Assembly: GCF_001194135.2 (NCBI RefSeq)
Contig: NC_068981.1
Location: forward strand, 179,753,775 to 179,807,782
Origin: Octopus bimaculoides
Lineage: Eukaryota
Direction of reading: 5' to 3'
DNA: 54,008 bases
Of this stretch, positions 37,894 through 53,525 are shown in pieces. Numbering within the stretch: position 1 is the stretch's first letter; each line of letters begins with the position of its first letter. The position numbers were made by a program, and so were the translations under genes. Under the pieces are notes generated by a model. It was given only the letters and a program-made list of their open reading frames with translations, was not told where the DNA came from and did not search any database.

Positions 37894-38099
37894 CGTGCAT
37901 TTTCCTTATCACTGCTTAGCGCTCACCCTCTGTAGTTAATATTTTTATATGTTTATAGATATTGTATTTTTATATTTTTATATTTTTTGTTGTGTGCTTG
38001 CTCTTATGGTATATGTTAATATCAAGAGGTATAGGCATTTACATTTTAGTGGTCGAACCCCGACCCGTAGAAGAAAAGAAATAAACTTTCAGCTGACCT

Positions 38100-38390
38100 A
38101 GGTGAGTGGCTTCATCGGGGAATCAACCAATTGGAACGCTGAACGGCTGTCAGACAAAAACAAGTTACCAAGACCTTTGAACAAAACAAAGGACGTATGC
38201 AAAAAATAAATCACCTTAAGCACTGGATCACTACTGGTTAAAGAGGAAGTAATCAAAATAATCGATAAAAAAAAGACGTCGCCAGGATGTCGACCAAACA
38301 GAACGCTGGACAAATGCCAAACCAGATATGTGACCAGAGGCAGCCAGCCGGGAGGACAAAAAAAGAGATATCATTAAATTTATTGGAATC
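38100..38390 (+). mobile_element. RTE-clade LINE ORF2 C-terminal remnant (many frameshifts)
   Basis: Mixed frames give FEQ..RMQKI...KEEV, DVARMS and RGSQPGGQKKRY, resembling the RTE GHVARM...RGGQKKRY motifs. Confidence 0.55.
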
Positions 38391-39011
38391 AGAACTTGGA
38401 CCTATATCTTAGGAGTTTATACATACAAAGCAATTTTATCTTAAAACAGCTCCTACCAGCAAAAGCATGGGCGAAGAATCCTCCTTCATGCATTACAAAA
38501 GAAATTGTAAATATTTTATTTACTTTCCCTTCTTTTACAGTTCTAAAATTTCGTCATATCCAGTTGCTAATAATATTCAATATTATTGAACTTTCAATCA
38601 TGTGAAACTGTTACGAAATTCATTGAATATTTCAGCTTTTGATGTCTATCTCTGAAATTTATTGAATATTGGAATTTATATGATCATTTGACTTTTTAAG
38701 CCTGTTTTTCCGAATTTTCCCTTGTAACTTCAAACCCTCTCGAAACATTTTTATTTACCGTTGACTATCGCTGGTGCTCAGCATGACCTCAGCTCTCGAG
38801 CTGAAGCTAATAAAGAATAAAGGAGGCTAGTAAAGGATAGAGGATAAATGAAAAAAAATAATTGTGAAATCTGTTTGGTATTTCAATAAATTTGTTACAA
38901 AATCTAAAAACGACAACCTGTTTTAAAACTTAGATGCATTTTCAATTTTCAAACCAATTATCGTATATTCTTTCCTGCGTGTGAATACACTTCTTTCTCC
39001 CCATACATACA

Positions 39012-39043
<32 letters not shown>

Positions 39044-39335
39044 CGTATATATGGGACTAGTTCTTCTGTCCCAGTGAGAGATCGCGAATTCATAAAAAAA
39101 GGAAAAAATAATGCTAATTTTCATTCTGATGAACTAAGTTTTTTCGTTAGCTTCTAGAATCCTTCTTTTGAGCTAAACTTTTTGAGAAACCCTAACAATT
39201 TTATGTAATTACCTGTCTACCATTAAAAAAATAACAATATCTAGCATCTAATTATACTGAATATTTGAAGTTCTGATCACGGTAGTGGAAGCAGCTGAGT
39301 TAATTTATTATATTGGTGTGTTGCAAAATTCCTGT

Positions 39336-39385
39336 CATCATTATCACTAATTTCCTGACACATCATTATCACTAATTTCCTGACA
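39336..39385. repeat. perfect 25-bp tandem duplication
   Basis: CATCATTATCACTAATTTCCTGACA twice. Confidence 0.95.
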
Positions 39386-39416
39386 CATACACAGCTACCA
39401 TGCATCTAATAATGTA

Positions 39417-39551
39417 TGGTAGCTGTGTAGTAAGAAGCTTGCTTCCCAGTCGCATGGTTCCAGGTTCAGTTCCATTGCGTAACAGCTAGGGTTCAGGCCG
39501 ACCAACGCATTTTGAGTAGATTTGGTAGGCGGAAACTGAAAGGAGGCCGTC

Positions 39552-39589
<38 letters not shown>

Positions 39590-39720
39590 GTACGTATGTA
39601 TTTGTGTGTCTGTGTTTGCCCCACCACCACCATCGCTTGACAACCGATGCTGGTGTGTAAAGGTGGTGCGTCAGTATGGCCGCAGTCAAATGACGGAAAC
39701 AAGTAAAAGTGTAAAAGAGT
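39417..39720 (+). mobile_element. SINE family A with internal deletions
   Basis: Head, GATTTGGTAGGCGGAAACTG block and GTCAAATGACGGAAACAAGTAAAAG end are present. Confidence 0.85.
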
Positions 39721-39722
39721 AA

Positions 39723-39756
<34 letters not shown>

Positions 39757-39842
39757 ATGCCTATATATATGTACCTATGTACTTATGTATATATACATAT
39801 ATGTATACATATGTACATGTGTTTATATATATATGTACTATT

Positions 39843-40072
39843 TACTTATTGCCCACAAGGGTCTAAACATAGAGGGGGACAAACAAAGACAGACAAAGGG
39901 ATTAAGTCGATTACATCGACCCCAGTGCGTAACTGGTACTTAATTTATCGACCACGAAAGGATGAACGGGAAAGTCGACCTCGGCGTAATTTGAACTCAG
40001 AACGTGACGTCAGACGAAATACCGCTAAGCATTTCGCCCAGTTCGCTAACGTTTCTGCCAGCTCGCCGCCTT
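39843..40072 (-). mobile_element. SINE family B, long-tail variant, full length
   Basis: Reverse complement aligns with 15555-15790. Confidence 0.93.
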
Positions 40073-40640
40073 AAATATATACATGTACATGTATGTATAT
40101 ATGTATACAAATATATAAATACATATACGTATAAATACATAATATTCGTGGATTCACACAAAATTATACACGAATACAAGTGTTCGTGTATGCCTGAGCG
40201 TGTATATGTAAGTACCTTGTGTATGAGTGTGCATGGGTGAATGCTGTTATGCAGGGAGTGCGCATGCACGTTTGTGCGTGTCTACATAAAACTGCAAACG
40301 CAGCAAAATTCACTCCTGTATGATGACGGCGAGACCGATGGACATATTTTTGCGTGAGCGTGTTATGGTGATTAAGACAACAGATGACTATCATCACCAT
40401 CACGAGAAATTCTGATATACTATACAAAGACATCTAATAAAAATCATTATTATAAAAGAATTAATAGGATATGCTTCCCAGTTATATTTCCATTAATACA
40501 GCAAACAATTCTCTCTGTCAGTTTAATTTGCTATAATTTTAAAATGTCATCAACAAGCTCTAAAACTTTCTCTACTACGACTACTACTACTACCACTACT
40601 ATTACTACTACTACTACTACAAATAGTAACAATAATAAGA

Positions 40641-41968
<1,328 letters not shown>

Positions 41969-42190
41969 GTTTATATAAAGGACTGAAATGTAATAGATAG
42001 AGAGATATTTTGAACCTGTTGAAGACACACGAGATGTCGAAATATTGTTCAAAGGACCAATAAATAAGTTACTTTCGAGATGCGCTTTTTGTCATTGAGT
42101 TGGCCGTGGTGATGGATTACGTCAGCTATGTTTACCTTAGTGATGGAATTTGGCAATCGTATACAAAAGTTAAGAACTCATCTCTCTATC

Positions 42191-42241
<51 letters not shown>

Positions 42242-42289
42242 CCTCATGCAATGCCAGGCAGTAGCTTTCATGGCTTAACTGATTGGAAC

Positions 42290-42550
42290 TGTTATCATGT
42301 ACATGTTATTGTGCAACACCAAAACAAAAAAGTCTGTTTATTGATTGACATGAGCATATTTTGTGGCCATAATATCTCGTCAAAAGAATTTGATAAGCAC
42401 AGAAAATATAAAGATTTGCTAATCGAAATCGAAAAGATGTGGCTTCTCAAGACGGTTACAATACCAGTGATTGTAGGAGCATTTAGAATGATCAAAAAGG
42501 GAACTGAAAATGATTTGAGAATGATCCCTGGCTTACCTTCCATGCATAAA
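42290..42550 (+). mobile_element. second RLE-type LINE fragment (endonuclease domain, different subfamily)
   Basis: VCLLIDMS...KEFDKHRKYKDLLIEIEKMWLLKTVTIPVIVGA, the restriction-like endonuclease region. Confidence 0.85.
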
Positions 42551-42579
42551 GTCCTAATTGATGATACATCCAGTGATGG

Positions 42580-42815
42580 TGTCAACAATTATTCCTGTAG
42601 TTATTGGTACATTCGTGTAAACCCAAAATTCTACCTAAAAAGCTGGAAGATATTGAAATTGAAACTCGCAGTCTCGACATGCAGAAAGGTACCATTCCAT
42701 ATTCTGCAAGAATCCTGTGGAAGATTCTTGAGATTTGAGGAGACTTGTCATCCCTCATCTAGATGAAATACCTGCTAACTAAACTAGCAGACACTAACGT
42801 AATAACAGTAATATA
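42580..42815 (+). mobile_element. third RLE-type LINE 3' end (frameshifted)
   Basis: IIPVVIGTF / PKILPKKLEDIEIETRSLDMQKGTIPYSARILWKILEI* (stop 42736-42738), an R4/Dong-like C-terminus. Confidence 0.75.
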
Positions 42816-42856
42816 AAAAAAAAATACTAAATATGATTATAGAGGACAAAATAAAT

Positions 42857-42930
42857 TGGGTCGACGTAATCGACTTATCTCTCTCCTGAAACTATTGGCC
42901 TTCTACCAAAATTTGAAACCTTTATTATTG
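42857..42930 (+). mobile_element. SINE family B, 3' fragment
   Basis: GGGTCGACGTAATCGACTT...GGCCTTCTACCAAAATTTGAAAC. Confidence 0.7.
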
Positions 42931-42943
42931 ATATTATTATTAC

Positions 42944-43230
42944 GGCGCAGTTGGTGAGCTTGCAGTTGGTGAGCTTGCAGTTGGTGAGCTTGCAGTTGGT
43001 GAGCTTGCAGTTGGTGAGCTTGCAGTTGGTGAGCTTGCAGTTGGTGAGCTTGCAGAATCGTTCGGGCAAAATGCTGTAGTTTCTGAGTTCAAATTCCGCT
43101 GAGGTCAACTTTGCCTTTTATACTTTCGGGATCAATAAAACAAGTTCCAGTTGAGCACATGGGTCGGTGTAATCGAATTAGCCTCTGCCTCGAGATTGTT
43201 GACTTTGTACCAAACTTTGAAATCATTATT
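42944..43230 (+). mobile_element. SINE family B with a tandemly amplified head
   Basis: The repeat array runs into GCAGAATCGTT...CTGAGTTCAAATTCCGCTGAGGTCAACTTTGCC. Confidence 0.85.
42947..43051 (+). repeat. 7 perfect copies of the 15-mer GCAGTTGGTGAGCTT
   Basis: Counted directly. Confidence 0.97.
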
Positions 43231-43699
43231 ATTGTTATCATAATTCTTTCTAATTTTGTCCCAAGGCAAGCAAATTTTTAGGGAGGAGCAAGTTAACTGG
43301 TTGTATAGATAGTTGTTCACGCAGTTCTACACGCCTCCAGCACCACCACTGCCACAATCACCACTACCATCTCTACCATCACCAGCGCCAACATTACTAC
43401 TAATACTAATACTTCGACTTCCAGTTACCAACGTAAGAGTATCTATTCGGCCGATTGACCTGCTGGAAATACCAACCAAATTTCTATCAAATTCCACCTT
43501 GCTGGCTGAAAAAGAAACTAGAATGGAATACATTATATAATGTATGCCCGCTGTCTTGTGAGACTAAATTGTCAGTATCAGATACCTTTGATCACTGAGC
43601 TACTTCATCAGTATTTAGATGTGTGTCTAAATACCGATAAACTAGCAAGAAGGTGCAACTAATTCTCTCTACAATATCTCACTGCATGGCCTGTCTATC

Positions 43700-43864
43700 T
43701 GTTGTGTCGACGCCCCCAGGCGAAGAAGTAGGATCTCCCAAGACATATAAATAGAGGTAGTCTGGCCGTGGTAGGTGTGTTGAATAGCAGTCGAGTAGCA
43801 GTTGTGTAGCGGTTGAGCAGCGATCATCCGAAGGTGCTAGATAGCAGTAGCTTGAGATATAACA
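43700..43864 (+). mobile_element. candidate solo LTR (165 bp)
   Basis: TGTTGTGTC...GATATAACA termini (TG..CA, 7/9 inverted match), flanks CTATC/CTATA, internal TATAAATAG. Confidence 0.5.
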
Positions 43865-44641
43865 CTATAACGTCTGATGCACAGCATATATTTCTCTGGT
43901 GTCCATGCATTATATATGATACACATTCTCAATTTGGTTTTCTCAACCACCAAAGCAACTTGAGGCTTATGAAAGTAAAGCTTTTTTTTACTCAGAACGT
44001 ATGTAACGAGTTAGCTAAAACGTCGGAAAACAAGCATGGAGTTTAAGGACAAATTTATGAGAATGCTTTGAATAGGCGAAGAGTTAAGAAAGCACTGTGG
44101 ATAAGGTAATCATAATTTATTCACTATACCTGGAACGAAAACTAGAATAGTAATGAAGATATGAAAATATGAATGCTTTTGATCATATGCGCACTTGGAT
44201 CAAAAGTGACCTCGGGCCCAACAGCAACAGCATCAAGATCAACATAACAACTGCGACAACAACAACAACAACAATGTTGAAATTGAATGAAGTAGATAGA
44301 AAATAATAACTATTACAACGATGACAATGATTCTAAGAAGGATGACATCTATAGTTATGTTATTGTTGTTCTTAATGATGATGATGATGATAATGATTTT
44401 CATGATGACGATCATGGTGGCGCTGATGTTGGTGCTGGTGGTAGTGGTAGTGGTAGTGGCGGTGATGGTGGTGGTGTCTCAGAAGAAAGGGAATGACAAT
44501 ACATAATATGGTTACAAAACGTCATTTGTACGTTCTGTATTATTTGGTAATAATTATACTTCGGGGCATATTGCATGATTCTTCTTAGATGAGGAAAATT
44601 AGATTGTTGAAAAAACAAAACCCCTCTCTCTCTCTCTCTCT

Positions 44642-44692
<51 letters not shown>

Positions 44693-45339
44693 NNNNNNNN
44701 NNNNNNNNNNNNNNNNNNNNNNNNNNNNNNNNNNNNNNNNNNNNNNNNNNNNNNNNNNNNNNNNNNNNNNNNNNNNNNNNNNNNNNNNNNNNNNNNNNNN
44801 NNNNNNNNNNNNNNNNNNNNNNNNNNNNNNNNNNNNNNNNNNNNNNNNNNNNNNNNNNNNNNNNNNNNNNNNNNNNNNNNNNNNNNNNNNNNNNNNNNNN
44901 NNNNNNNNNNNNNNNNNNNNNNNNNNNNNNNNNNNNNNNNNNNNNNNNNNNNNNNNNNNNNNNNNNNNNNNNNNNNNNNNNNNNNNNNNNNNNNNNNNNN
45001 NNNNNNNNNNNNNNNNNNNNNNNNNNNNNNNNNNNNNNNNNNNNNNNNNNNNNNNNNNNNNNNNNNNNNNNNNNNNNNNNNNNNNNNNNNNNNNNNNNNN
45101 NNNNNNNNNNNNNNNNNNNNNNNNNNNNNNNNNNNNNNNNNNNNNNNNNNNNNNNNNNNNNNNNNNNNNNNNNNNNNNNNNNNNNNNNNNNNNNNNNNNN
45201 NNNNNNNNNNNNNNNNNNNNNNNNNNNNNNNNNNNNNNNNNNNNNNNNNNNNNNNNNNNNNNNNNNNNNNNNNNNNNNNNNNNNNNNNNNNNNNNNNNNN
45301 NNNNNNNNNNNNNNNNNNNNNNNNNNNNNNNNNNNNNNN

Positions 45340-45373
<34 letters not shown>

Positions 45374-45453
45374 ATTATATATATATACATACATATATAT
45401 ATATATAATTATATATATATGTATGTATATATATATATATATATATATAATTA

Positions 45454-45486
<33 letters not shown>

Positions 45487-46166
45487 ATAATTTCCTCTTC
45501 TTTCTCATTTTCAGTTTCTTATCTTATCTCATACTCCTCACTTGCACTCTAACTCGTTGTCTCTGCCCTGCTTCTCTTATCTCTCTCTTTCCAGACCTCT
45601 CAACTACCCTCCCTTCCCCCTCTCTCCCTCTCTCTCTCATTGTTTCTCTCTCACTCACTCCGTCCTACTTTTTTTCTTTTGTTTTTTTTGGGGTTTTTTT
45701 TTTTTTCACTTTGTATGAAAATTCTAATATTTCTAAAATGATATACAATATTTTTTTTGCATCTTATTACATTTATTAGTTCTTTTTTTTTTATTATTAT
45801 AATCTTTCCATTTTGAATTCTTCTGAGAAATATTCCCCCAAGTCAGCATTATCGAAGGATTTTCTGTATTTATTTGCTATTTTCCTGCCAGCACCATTAT
45901 TAATAATCTCTTACAACCCTTCTTCCACATCTTCCTTCTACGACATACTCTTCATCAATATTATTTAAGAATATACAAATACATACACACACGCGCACAC
46001 ACACGCACAAAAGACGCAAACACAATTACACGCATACACAGACAGACATATATATACACACACACTATATTATATCATATATACACAAAAAAGAATATAC
46101 ACAGAGACAGTCATATACATGTATGCATACATACATACATATATGCATCTCTCTCTCCATATGTAT

Positions 46167-46881
<715 letters not shown>

Positions 46882-47077
46882 GTAGATAGATAGATAGATA
46901 GATAGATACGCACCCATGTATACAGAGTAAAATATTAATTAATAAGAAATTTTGTGGTTTCGTTGTAGTCTTTTGAGTTTAATTCTATTCCCATTTTACT
47001 CCGAATACACACACACATATATATATATATGCGTGTGTGTGTGTGTGTACGTGCTTATATATATGTATATATATATA

Positions 47078-47182
<105 letters not shown>

Positions 47183-47191
47183 GCATATATA

Positions 47192-47224
<33 letters not shown>

Positions 47225-47292
47225 TTGTGTGTGTGTATGTCTATGTGTCTGTGCGTGCGTATAGGTTTGCATGCATCGTCTAAGCATTTTGC

Positions 47293-47331
<39 letters not shown>

Positions 47332-47662
47332 TGCCTTTGTTGTTGCCGTTTGTTTTAATTGTTATTGAAGTTGTTGTAAAAAATGACATTCTAATAAATG
47401 ATTATTACAACCCCGGAGAATAACAATGAGAATAAAATAAGACTAAAAGTTAGTACGAAATGCATTGATCTAAATAAGAATATAAGCTAATAAATTAGAT
47501 AAACTAATAAACTAATAAAATAAATAAATTAATAAAATAAACATATAAAAATATAACGCTGTGGCTCGTTATCATTTTGACAGCCTGTTATCTCATTTTG
47601 TCTGAGTAGGGTCTACGCTTAAGTTCTCCATATATGGATATGAGTATATATGCACGCACGCG

Positions 47663-47693
<31 letters not shown>

Positions 47694-48038
47694 TTGTATA
47701 TGTACATATATATATATATATATAATATGTGTATATATATTTTTATATAGATATATATAATCTGTGTATTTATATATACACATATATATATATACATACA
47801 TTTATTCATAAAGATACATGTGTGTGCATGTTTGTGCGTGTGTGTGTGTGCGTGTAGTAATTAGTATGCAAGAGGAGCAGTCGAGTGATCGTGGTAAAAC
47901 TTAATTTGTTACTCTGTTGCATTCTAGCGTAAACACTCCTTGTATAGAAAACACAGATGACTTTTCTCCATGAATATGTAAGCGTGTAAGCATATATATA
48001 TATATATATATATATATTCATACAAATGTGTGTGTGTT

Positions 48039-48071
<33 letters not shown>

Positions 48072-48247
48072 GTTTGTATGTGTTTGTGCGTTCGCATGTG
48101 TATATAAGTGTGCGTGTTTGTGTAATTAAATGTGTAGGAAGGTCATTTGCTGGAACGACTGGAATATCCATCTTTGAAACCGGCCAATGATCCATTTTCC
48201 GTGCTAGAGTAAGTCTCTATGCATGTTTGTATTTGCGTGTGCGTGTG

Positions 48248-48287
<40 letters not shown>

Positions 48288-48645
48288 CGTGTATTTTGTG
48301 TGAGCAAACGTAGATATGTATATGTATATAAGCCTATTTGTGAACGTGTGTGTTTATGTTAGTCTGTATCAGTCTCATATTTATACATACACTTTGATCT
48401 GTCTGTATAATTGAATTTGAGCCAGTAATATACTTTAAGGTGTACAACTGGTTATGTTCGGTTGAGCATCCATGTGTGTATGTTTTCGTGCTTCTGTGCT
48501 CGAGTTCATGCGCACGCGCGCGTGAACATCTTTTGTCTGCTAGTGTTAAATGGAACCAAGAAAATTCTGATTTCTCAGACAAAAAATAACGAAAAAAAAA
48601 TCCAGCTTGTCTTTATCAACAATATGATAATCATTACAAACACCA

Positions 48646-49035
48646 GTTGGCACTCCGTCGCTTACGACGTCGAGGGTTCCAGTTGATCCGATCAATGTAA
48701 CAGCCTGCTCGTGAAATTAACGTGCAAGTGGTTGAGCACTCCACAGACACGTGTACCCATAACGTAGTTCTTGGGGATATTCAGCCTGACACTGTGTGAC
48801 ACAGTGTGACAAGGCTGACCCTTTGAATTATAGGCACAACAGAAACAGGAAGTAAGAGTGAGAGAAAGTTGTGGTGAAAGAGTACAGCAGGGTTCACCAC
48901 TATCCCCTGCCGGAGCCCCGTGGAGCTTTAGGTGTTTTCGCTCAATAAACACTCACAACGCTCGGTCTGGGAATCGAAACCGCGATCCTATGACCGCAAG
49001 TCCGCTGCCCTTACCACTGGGCCATTGCGCCTCCA
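48646..49035 (-). mobile_element. SINE family C, full length
   Basis: Reverse complement aligns with 31414-31782. Confidence 0.93.
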
Positions 49036-49039
49036 CACA

Positions 49040-49400
49040 AACACCAGTACTACCATCAAGACCATCCTACCACCACCTCCACCATCATCATCATCATAAA
49101 CGTCCTCGTGGGCCTCTGCAATAACGACAGCAGCCGTGACAGCAGCAGTGACCACAACAGCTACAACAGCAACCATCTGAACTATGCCCCCCACCACCAC
49201 GTCCAAAAACCAACGTTACACCTCTGTTATCATTACTCCCCGATATAGTCATCATCATCGTTATCTTCCTCATCATCATCTTCGTGGTCGTCATGGTCAA
49301 CGTCATCATTATCATCATTATTGTCGTCGCTGGCGTCATCATTATCGTTCTAGTCGTCATCATCATCAACATTAATGCGACTAACATATTAGATCGAATG
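49040..49400. repeat. degenerate trinucleotide low-complexity tract (CAC/CAT/GTC/CAG)
   Basis: Seen directly; source of the His-, Met- and Val-rich ORFs. Confidence 0.85.
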
Positions 49401-49491
49401 ATAATCGCCATACTTTGTGGTATTTATTTTAAGGTTTCTAAAGTTTTGAAAGGGAAGGTCGTTAAAGTTACAATTATTAATTAGGATAAAT

Positions 49492-49706
49492 AAGGCGGTG
49501 AGCTGGCAGAATGGCTAGCACGCCGGACAAAATGCTTAGCTGCGTCTCGTCTGTGTTTACGTTCTGTGTTCAATTTCCACCGAAGTCTATTTTACCTTTC
49601 ATCCTTTCGAGGTCGATAAAATAAGTAGCAGTTGAGCACTGGGCTTGATGTGATCGACTCAGTTCCCAGAAATTTTGCTTGCCTAGCACCAACATTTGAG
49701 GCCATT
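49492..49706 (+). mobile_element. SINE family B
   Basis: AAGGCGGTGAGCTGGCAGAATGGCTAGCACGCC...CCTTTCATCCTTTCGAGGTCGATAAA. Confidence 0.9.
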
Positions 49707-49718
49707 CTTAAGTATGGT

Positions 49719-49922
49719 AAGGCGGTTAGCTGGGAGAATCGTTAGCGCGCTGGACGAAATGCTTAGTGGAGTTTCGCCCATCACTACGTTCTGAGTTCAA
49801 ATTCCGCCGAGATTAACTTTGTTTTTTACCCTTTCGGGGCCCATAAAATAAGTACCAGTTGAGTACTGGGTCGATGTAATCGACTTGCTCCCGCCCATCA
49901 GAATTCAGCAGAAAGGATTATT
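49719..49922 (+). mobile_element. SINE family B, tandem to the previous copy
   Basis: AAGGCGGTTAGCTGGGAGAATCGTTAGC...CTGAGTTCAAATTCCGCCGAG. Confidence 0.9.
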
Positions 49923-50070
49923 AACTAGGGTAAAGGACGTTCGATTTAATGGAGAACAGTATATGACTGGTACGCTTTGGTCTTGATTAAACAAATGCAA
50001 TGTTGAATTAAGTGAGGTTTGAACTACGAAGTTAAAAATATACAAACACTACAATATAATAGAATATTTT

Positions 50071-50236
50071 CTTTTCTATTCAAGTCACAAGGCCCGATAT
50101 TTTTGAGGAAGGGGCCAGTCGATTACATCGACTCCGTACGCAACTGGTACTTCATTTATCGACCCCGAAAGGATGAAAGGCAAAGTCGACCTCGGCGGAA
50201 TTTGAACTCAGAACGTAAAGACAGACGAAATACCGT
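50071..50236 (-). mobile_element. SINE family B, 5' truncated
   Basis: GACCCCGAAAGGATGAAAGGCAAAGTCGACCTCGGCGGAATTTGAACTCAG. Confidence 0.92.
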
Positions 50237-50431
50237 TTTTACTGCCCCCCACCAAAATATTTGAGGCCTTTTAACTATGAAGAAGGTAATTATTAATCTT
50301 ATTAATGAGCAATGGATTAAGTAATTTGTAAAATGCCAAGCAAGATATTTTGTTCTATGTTATGGTTGGAATTCCCGTCAGCGCCAACTTCCGATACCCT
50401 ACGAACACAGTATCATTCAAGTAATAATATT

Positions 50432-50545
50432 CCTTTCTTCCGCTGGGGGTCGATAAATTAAGTACCAGTTACGTACTGAGGTCGATCTAATCGACTGGCC
50501 CCCTCTCCAAAACTTTCGGGCCTTGTGCTTAGAGTAGAAAAGAAT
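50432..50545 (+). mobile_element. SINE family B, 3' part
   Basis: GGGGTCGATAAATTAAGTACCAGTT...AGAGTAGAAAAG. Confidence 0.88.
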
Positions 50546-50899
50546 ATATTCCTTTCTTCTTCCTCTTCACTCCTCTCTCGCTATTTCCCTCCTCTTCGCT
50601 CTCTCTCTCTCTCTTTTCCCCCCTCCCTTTCTCTCTCTCTCTCTCTCCATCTCTCGCTCGCTCTTTCCCTCTTTCTCTAGCTCGTCCTCTCTCTCTCTAA
50701 GTGGGCGCAATGAGAGGCTTGGAAGTACTACTCACTGTGTACCTTTCATCCATTTTTCTTCGATCAACCTGTATTCATTTAAAACGCTACAAAATTAACG
50801 TCCAAACGAACCAGAGGCGAAAACAGACCTGGACAGATAGCTGTTCTGTATTGTTGGAAGGAAAACGAAATGTAAATAATTCCTAATATGGAATGGATT

Positions 50900-51070
50900 T
50901 ATCTTTTACCTCACCAGCAGTTCTTGATTGGTAATTTAATTTTATCGATCCTAGAGGAATGAAAGGCAAAATTCAGTTAGGTCCGAATTGAACTCCGAAC
51001 GTAATTGTATTGCAATGCCATAAGGCCCTACATGTGACAATGCAATGATTCTGTCATTCATTTGTCTCGC
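50900..51070 (-). mobile_element. SINE family B, degenerate
   Basis: TTTATCGATCC...GGAATGAAAGGCAAA...GAATTGAACTCCGAAC. Confidence 0.6.
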
Positions 51071-51309
51071 AGCAATAATAATTGTTATTGATAACACTGA
51101 GAGCAGGCCGGTCGAATTAAAGCAGAGCTATAATAGATTCAATAAAATCTAAGCGCTCATACGTTACTTCTTGTATATACTCGGAGCCAACGAGGTCGAA
51201 ATATGAACTAAATCTCACATAAATCAGGTCATATTAGTTTGAAATAAGGAAACGCACATCGACAAATATTCCCCGTACATTTTATGTTTGACGAAAAAAA
51301 TTGGAGCTA

Positions 51310-51470
51310 CAGAATGTGCAGACGTGGAAGAGGTGACAAAGAAGTGATGGAGGCGTTAAAAGCATCACTCTGCAAGAGTTCCAGCACTGCTTCGAACCGT
51401 GAAAAACGTGTCTGGACTGATGCAATGCTTCAAATGGAGAATACTTTGAAGGTGATAAAAGTGAATTAAA
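51310..51470 (+). mobile_element. mariner transposase C-terminal remnant
   Basis: ADVEEVTKK / SITLQEFQHCFEP*KTCLD*CNASNGEYFEGD matches the mariner end motif W..R...C....GEYFE. The 51284..51469 ORF in the track is in a different frame for most of this. Confidence 0.8.
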
Positions 51471-51512
51471 TAATATTGTAAAATTCCGGGGGGGGGGGGT
51501 CTGAGCAATATA

Positions 51513-51914
51513 TACTCTTTTTACTCTTTTACTTGTTTCAGTCTTTTGACTGTGGCCATGCCGGAGCACCGCCTTCAGTCGAGCAAATCTACCCCAGGAC
51601 TTATTATTTAGAAGCCTAGTACTTATTCTATCGGTCTCTTTTTTGCTGAACCGCTAGGTTACGGGGACATAAACACACCAGCATCGGTTGTCAAGCGATG
51701 TTGGGGGGACAAAAACAGACACACAAACACATACATATATATACATATATACGACGGGCTTCTTTCAGTTTCCGTCTACCAAATCCACTCACAAGGCTTT
51801 GGTCGGCCCGAGGCTATAGCAGAAGACACTTGCCCAAGATGCCACGCAGTGGGACTGAACCCGGGACCATGTGGTTGGTAAGCAAGCTACTTACCACACA
51901 GCCACTCCTGCGCC
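51513..51914 (-). mobile_element. SINE family A, full length
   Basis: Near-identical in structure to 13241-13631. Confidence 0.95.
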
Positions 51915-51931
51915 TCCTACATATACATATG

Positions 51932-52140
51932 TTCTTTTATTCTTTTACTCACTTCATTCATTTGACTGCGGCCATGCGGGTGTGCACCGACTTTAGTCAA
52001 ACAAATCGATCCCAGGACTTACTCATTGTAAGCCTAGTACTTATTTTATCGGTCTCTTTTGCCGAACCTCTACGTTACAGAGACGTAAACAAACCAACAT
52101 CGATTGTCAAGCGATGGTGGAGGGGGGGGACAAACACAAG
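51932..52140 (-). mobile_element. SINE family A, 3' part
   Basis: TTTGACTGCGGCCATG...CGATTGTCAAGCGATGGTGG. Confidence 0.85.
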
Positions 52141-52445
52141 CAAACACACATGTAAGACATCAGTGCTTCCATTCTTGTAACGTAACCATTGAATGTAGCA
52201 TTAGAAAAAAACATATTCGATTAACCAGTTTGTCTAAATATATTCTAACATAAATGGTGGATTTTATTCACTCGGACTATAACTGGTACCAGCTTTTATT
52301 GTCCTAGCAAGGATTACATGCCAATGGAGTTTCCTGAGGAATTTGAACTGAGAAGCAAAATATATAGTGTAAGACATATTTCCGATGCTATGGAGTAACT
52401 TGTTCGCGTTTGATTCTTAAATCTCTCAATCATAGTTACCATTTT

Positions 52446-52480
<35 letters not shown>

Positions 52481-52614
52481 TAGTAGTAGTAGTAGTAGTT
52501 TTAGGTGTTGCTGGTCTAATTTGAGAGTCGATATCGATAGCAACTCTGTTTTAACAACTTGAGGATTAAGTGATCACATGTATGGATAGATGTGTGTGTA
52601 TGTGTGTGTGTATG

Positions 52615-52666
<52 letters not shown>

Positions 52667-52738
52667 TGTGTGCGTGTGTGTGTGTGTGCGCGTGTGCGTG
52701 TGGGTAGGTGTTATACATTATGTATTATAATTACACAT

Positions 52739-52808
<70 letters not shown>

Positions 52809-53458
52809 TTATAAGTATGTGTATGACATAAAAACAAGTGTATGTGTATGCTAGGGGCTGTTATTTACACAAGATAAGCATGTTTACTTATGTATATGTA
52901 ACGTCTGCTCTTTGCGTAATCTGTAACATAATAGCATCCATCGTCCATTGGGGTCAACGCTACTTTTAGATACGTAATCATGCCAGACTAAGGCGAAGAC
53001 CGAAGACAAATAAATCAATAATAAATTAAGTGACCTGTTGATTACTACATGATAAGTGGTGAGACCGATTTTTCTCTTTTCCGTTGTGTTTCTTTTCTTT
53101 CTTGAGGTGTTTGATTTGTGTTGCCGTTTTTTTTTGGTTTTTCGTATCAACATCAGTTCCTGTCTCTCTCTCTCCGCCCTGACTTTCCTTATTCCTATCG
53201 TCTGCCCTCACCTATCTCTGTTTGTCTGTTGCTTGTCTGTCTACCACTATCTGACAATGTTTATCTATCACTCTCTATCTTCCCCTCCGTCCCTTCTCTG
53301 TGTGAACCACTTTATTCTATGTCCCCACCTCTGTCTCGGCAAGAATACAAATGCAATACATATATATATATATATATATGTATGTATATATGTATGTATG
53401 TATGTATGTATGTACATACACTAACACTCATATATATATATATATATATATGTATAGA

Positions 53459-53525
<67 letters not shown>

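Noticed and set aside
42947-43051. CRISPR-like array
   Set aside because: No spacers, eukaryotic context, and the unit derives from a SINE head.
43313-44506. Pro-rich and Met/Val-rich ORFs (43313-43540, 44321-44506)
   Set aside because: Degenerate CCA/GAT/GTG trinucleotide tracts.
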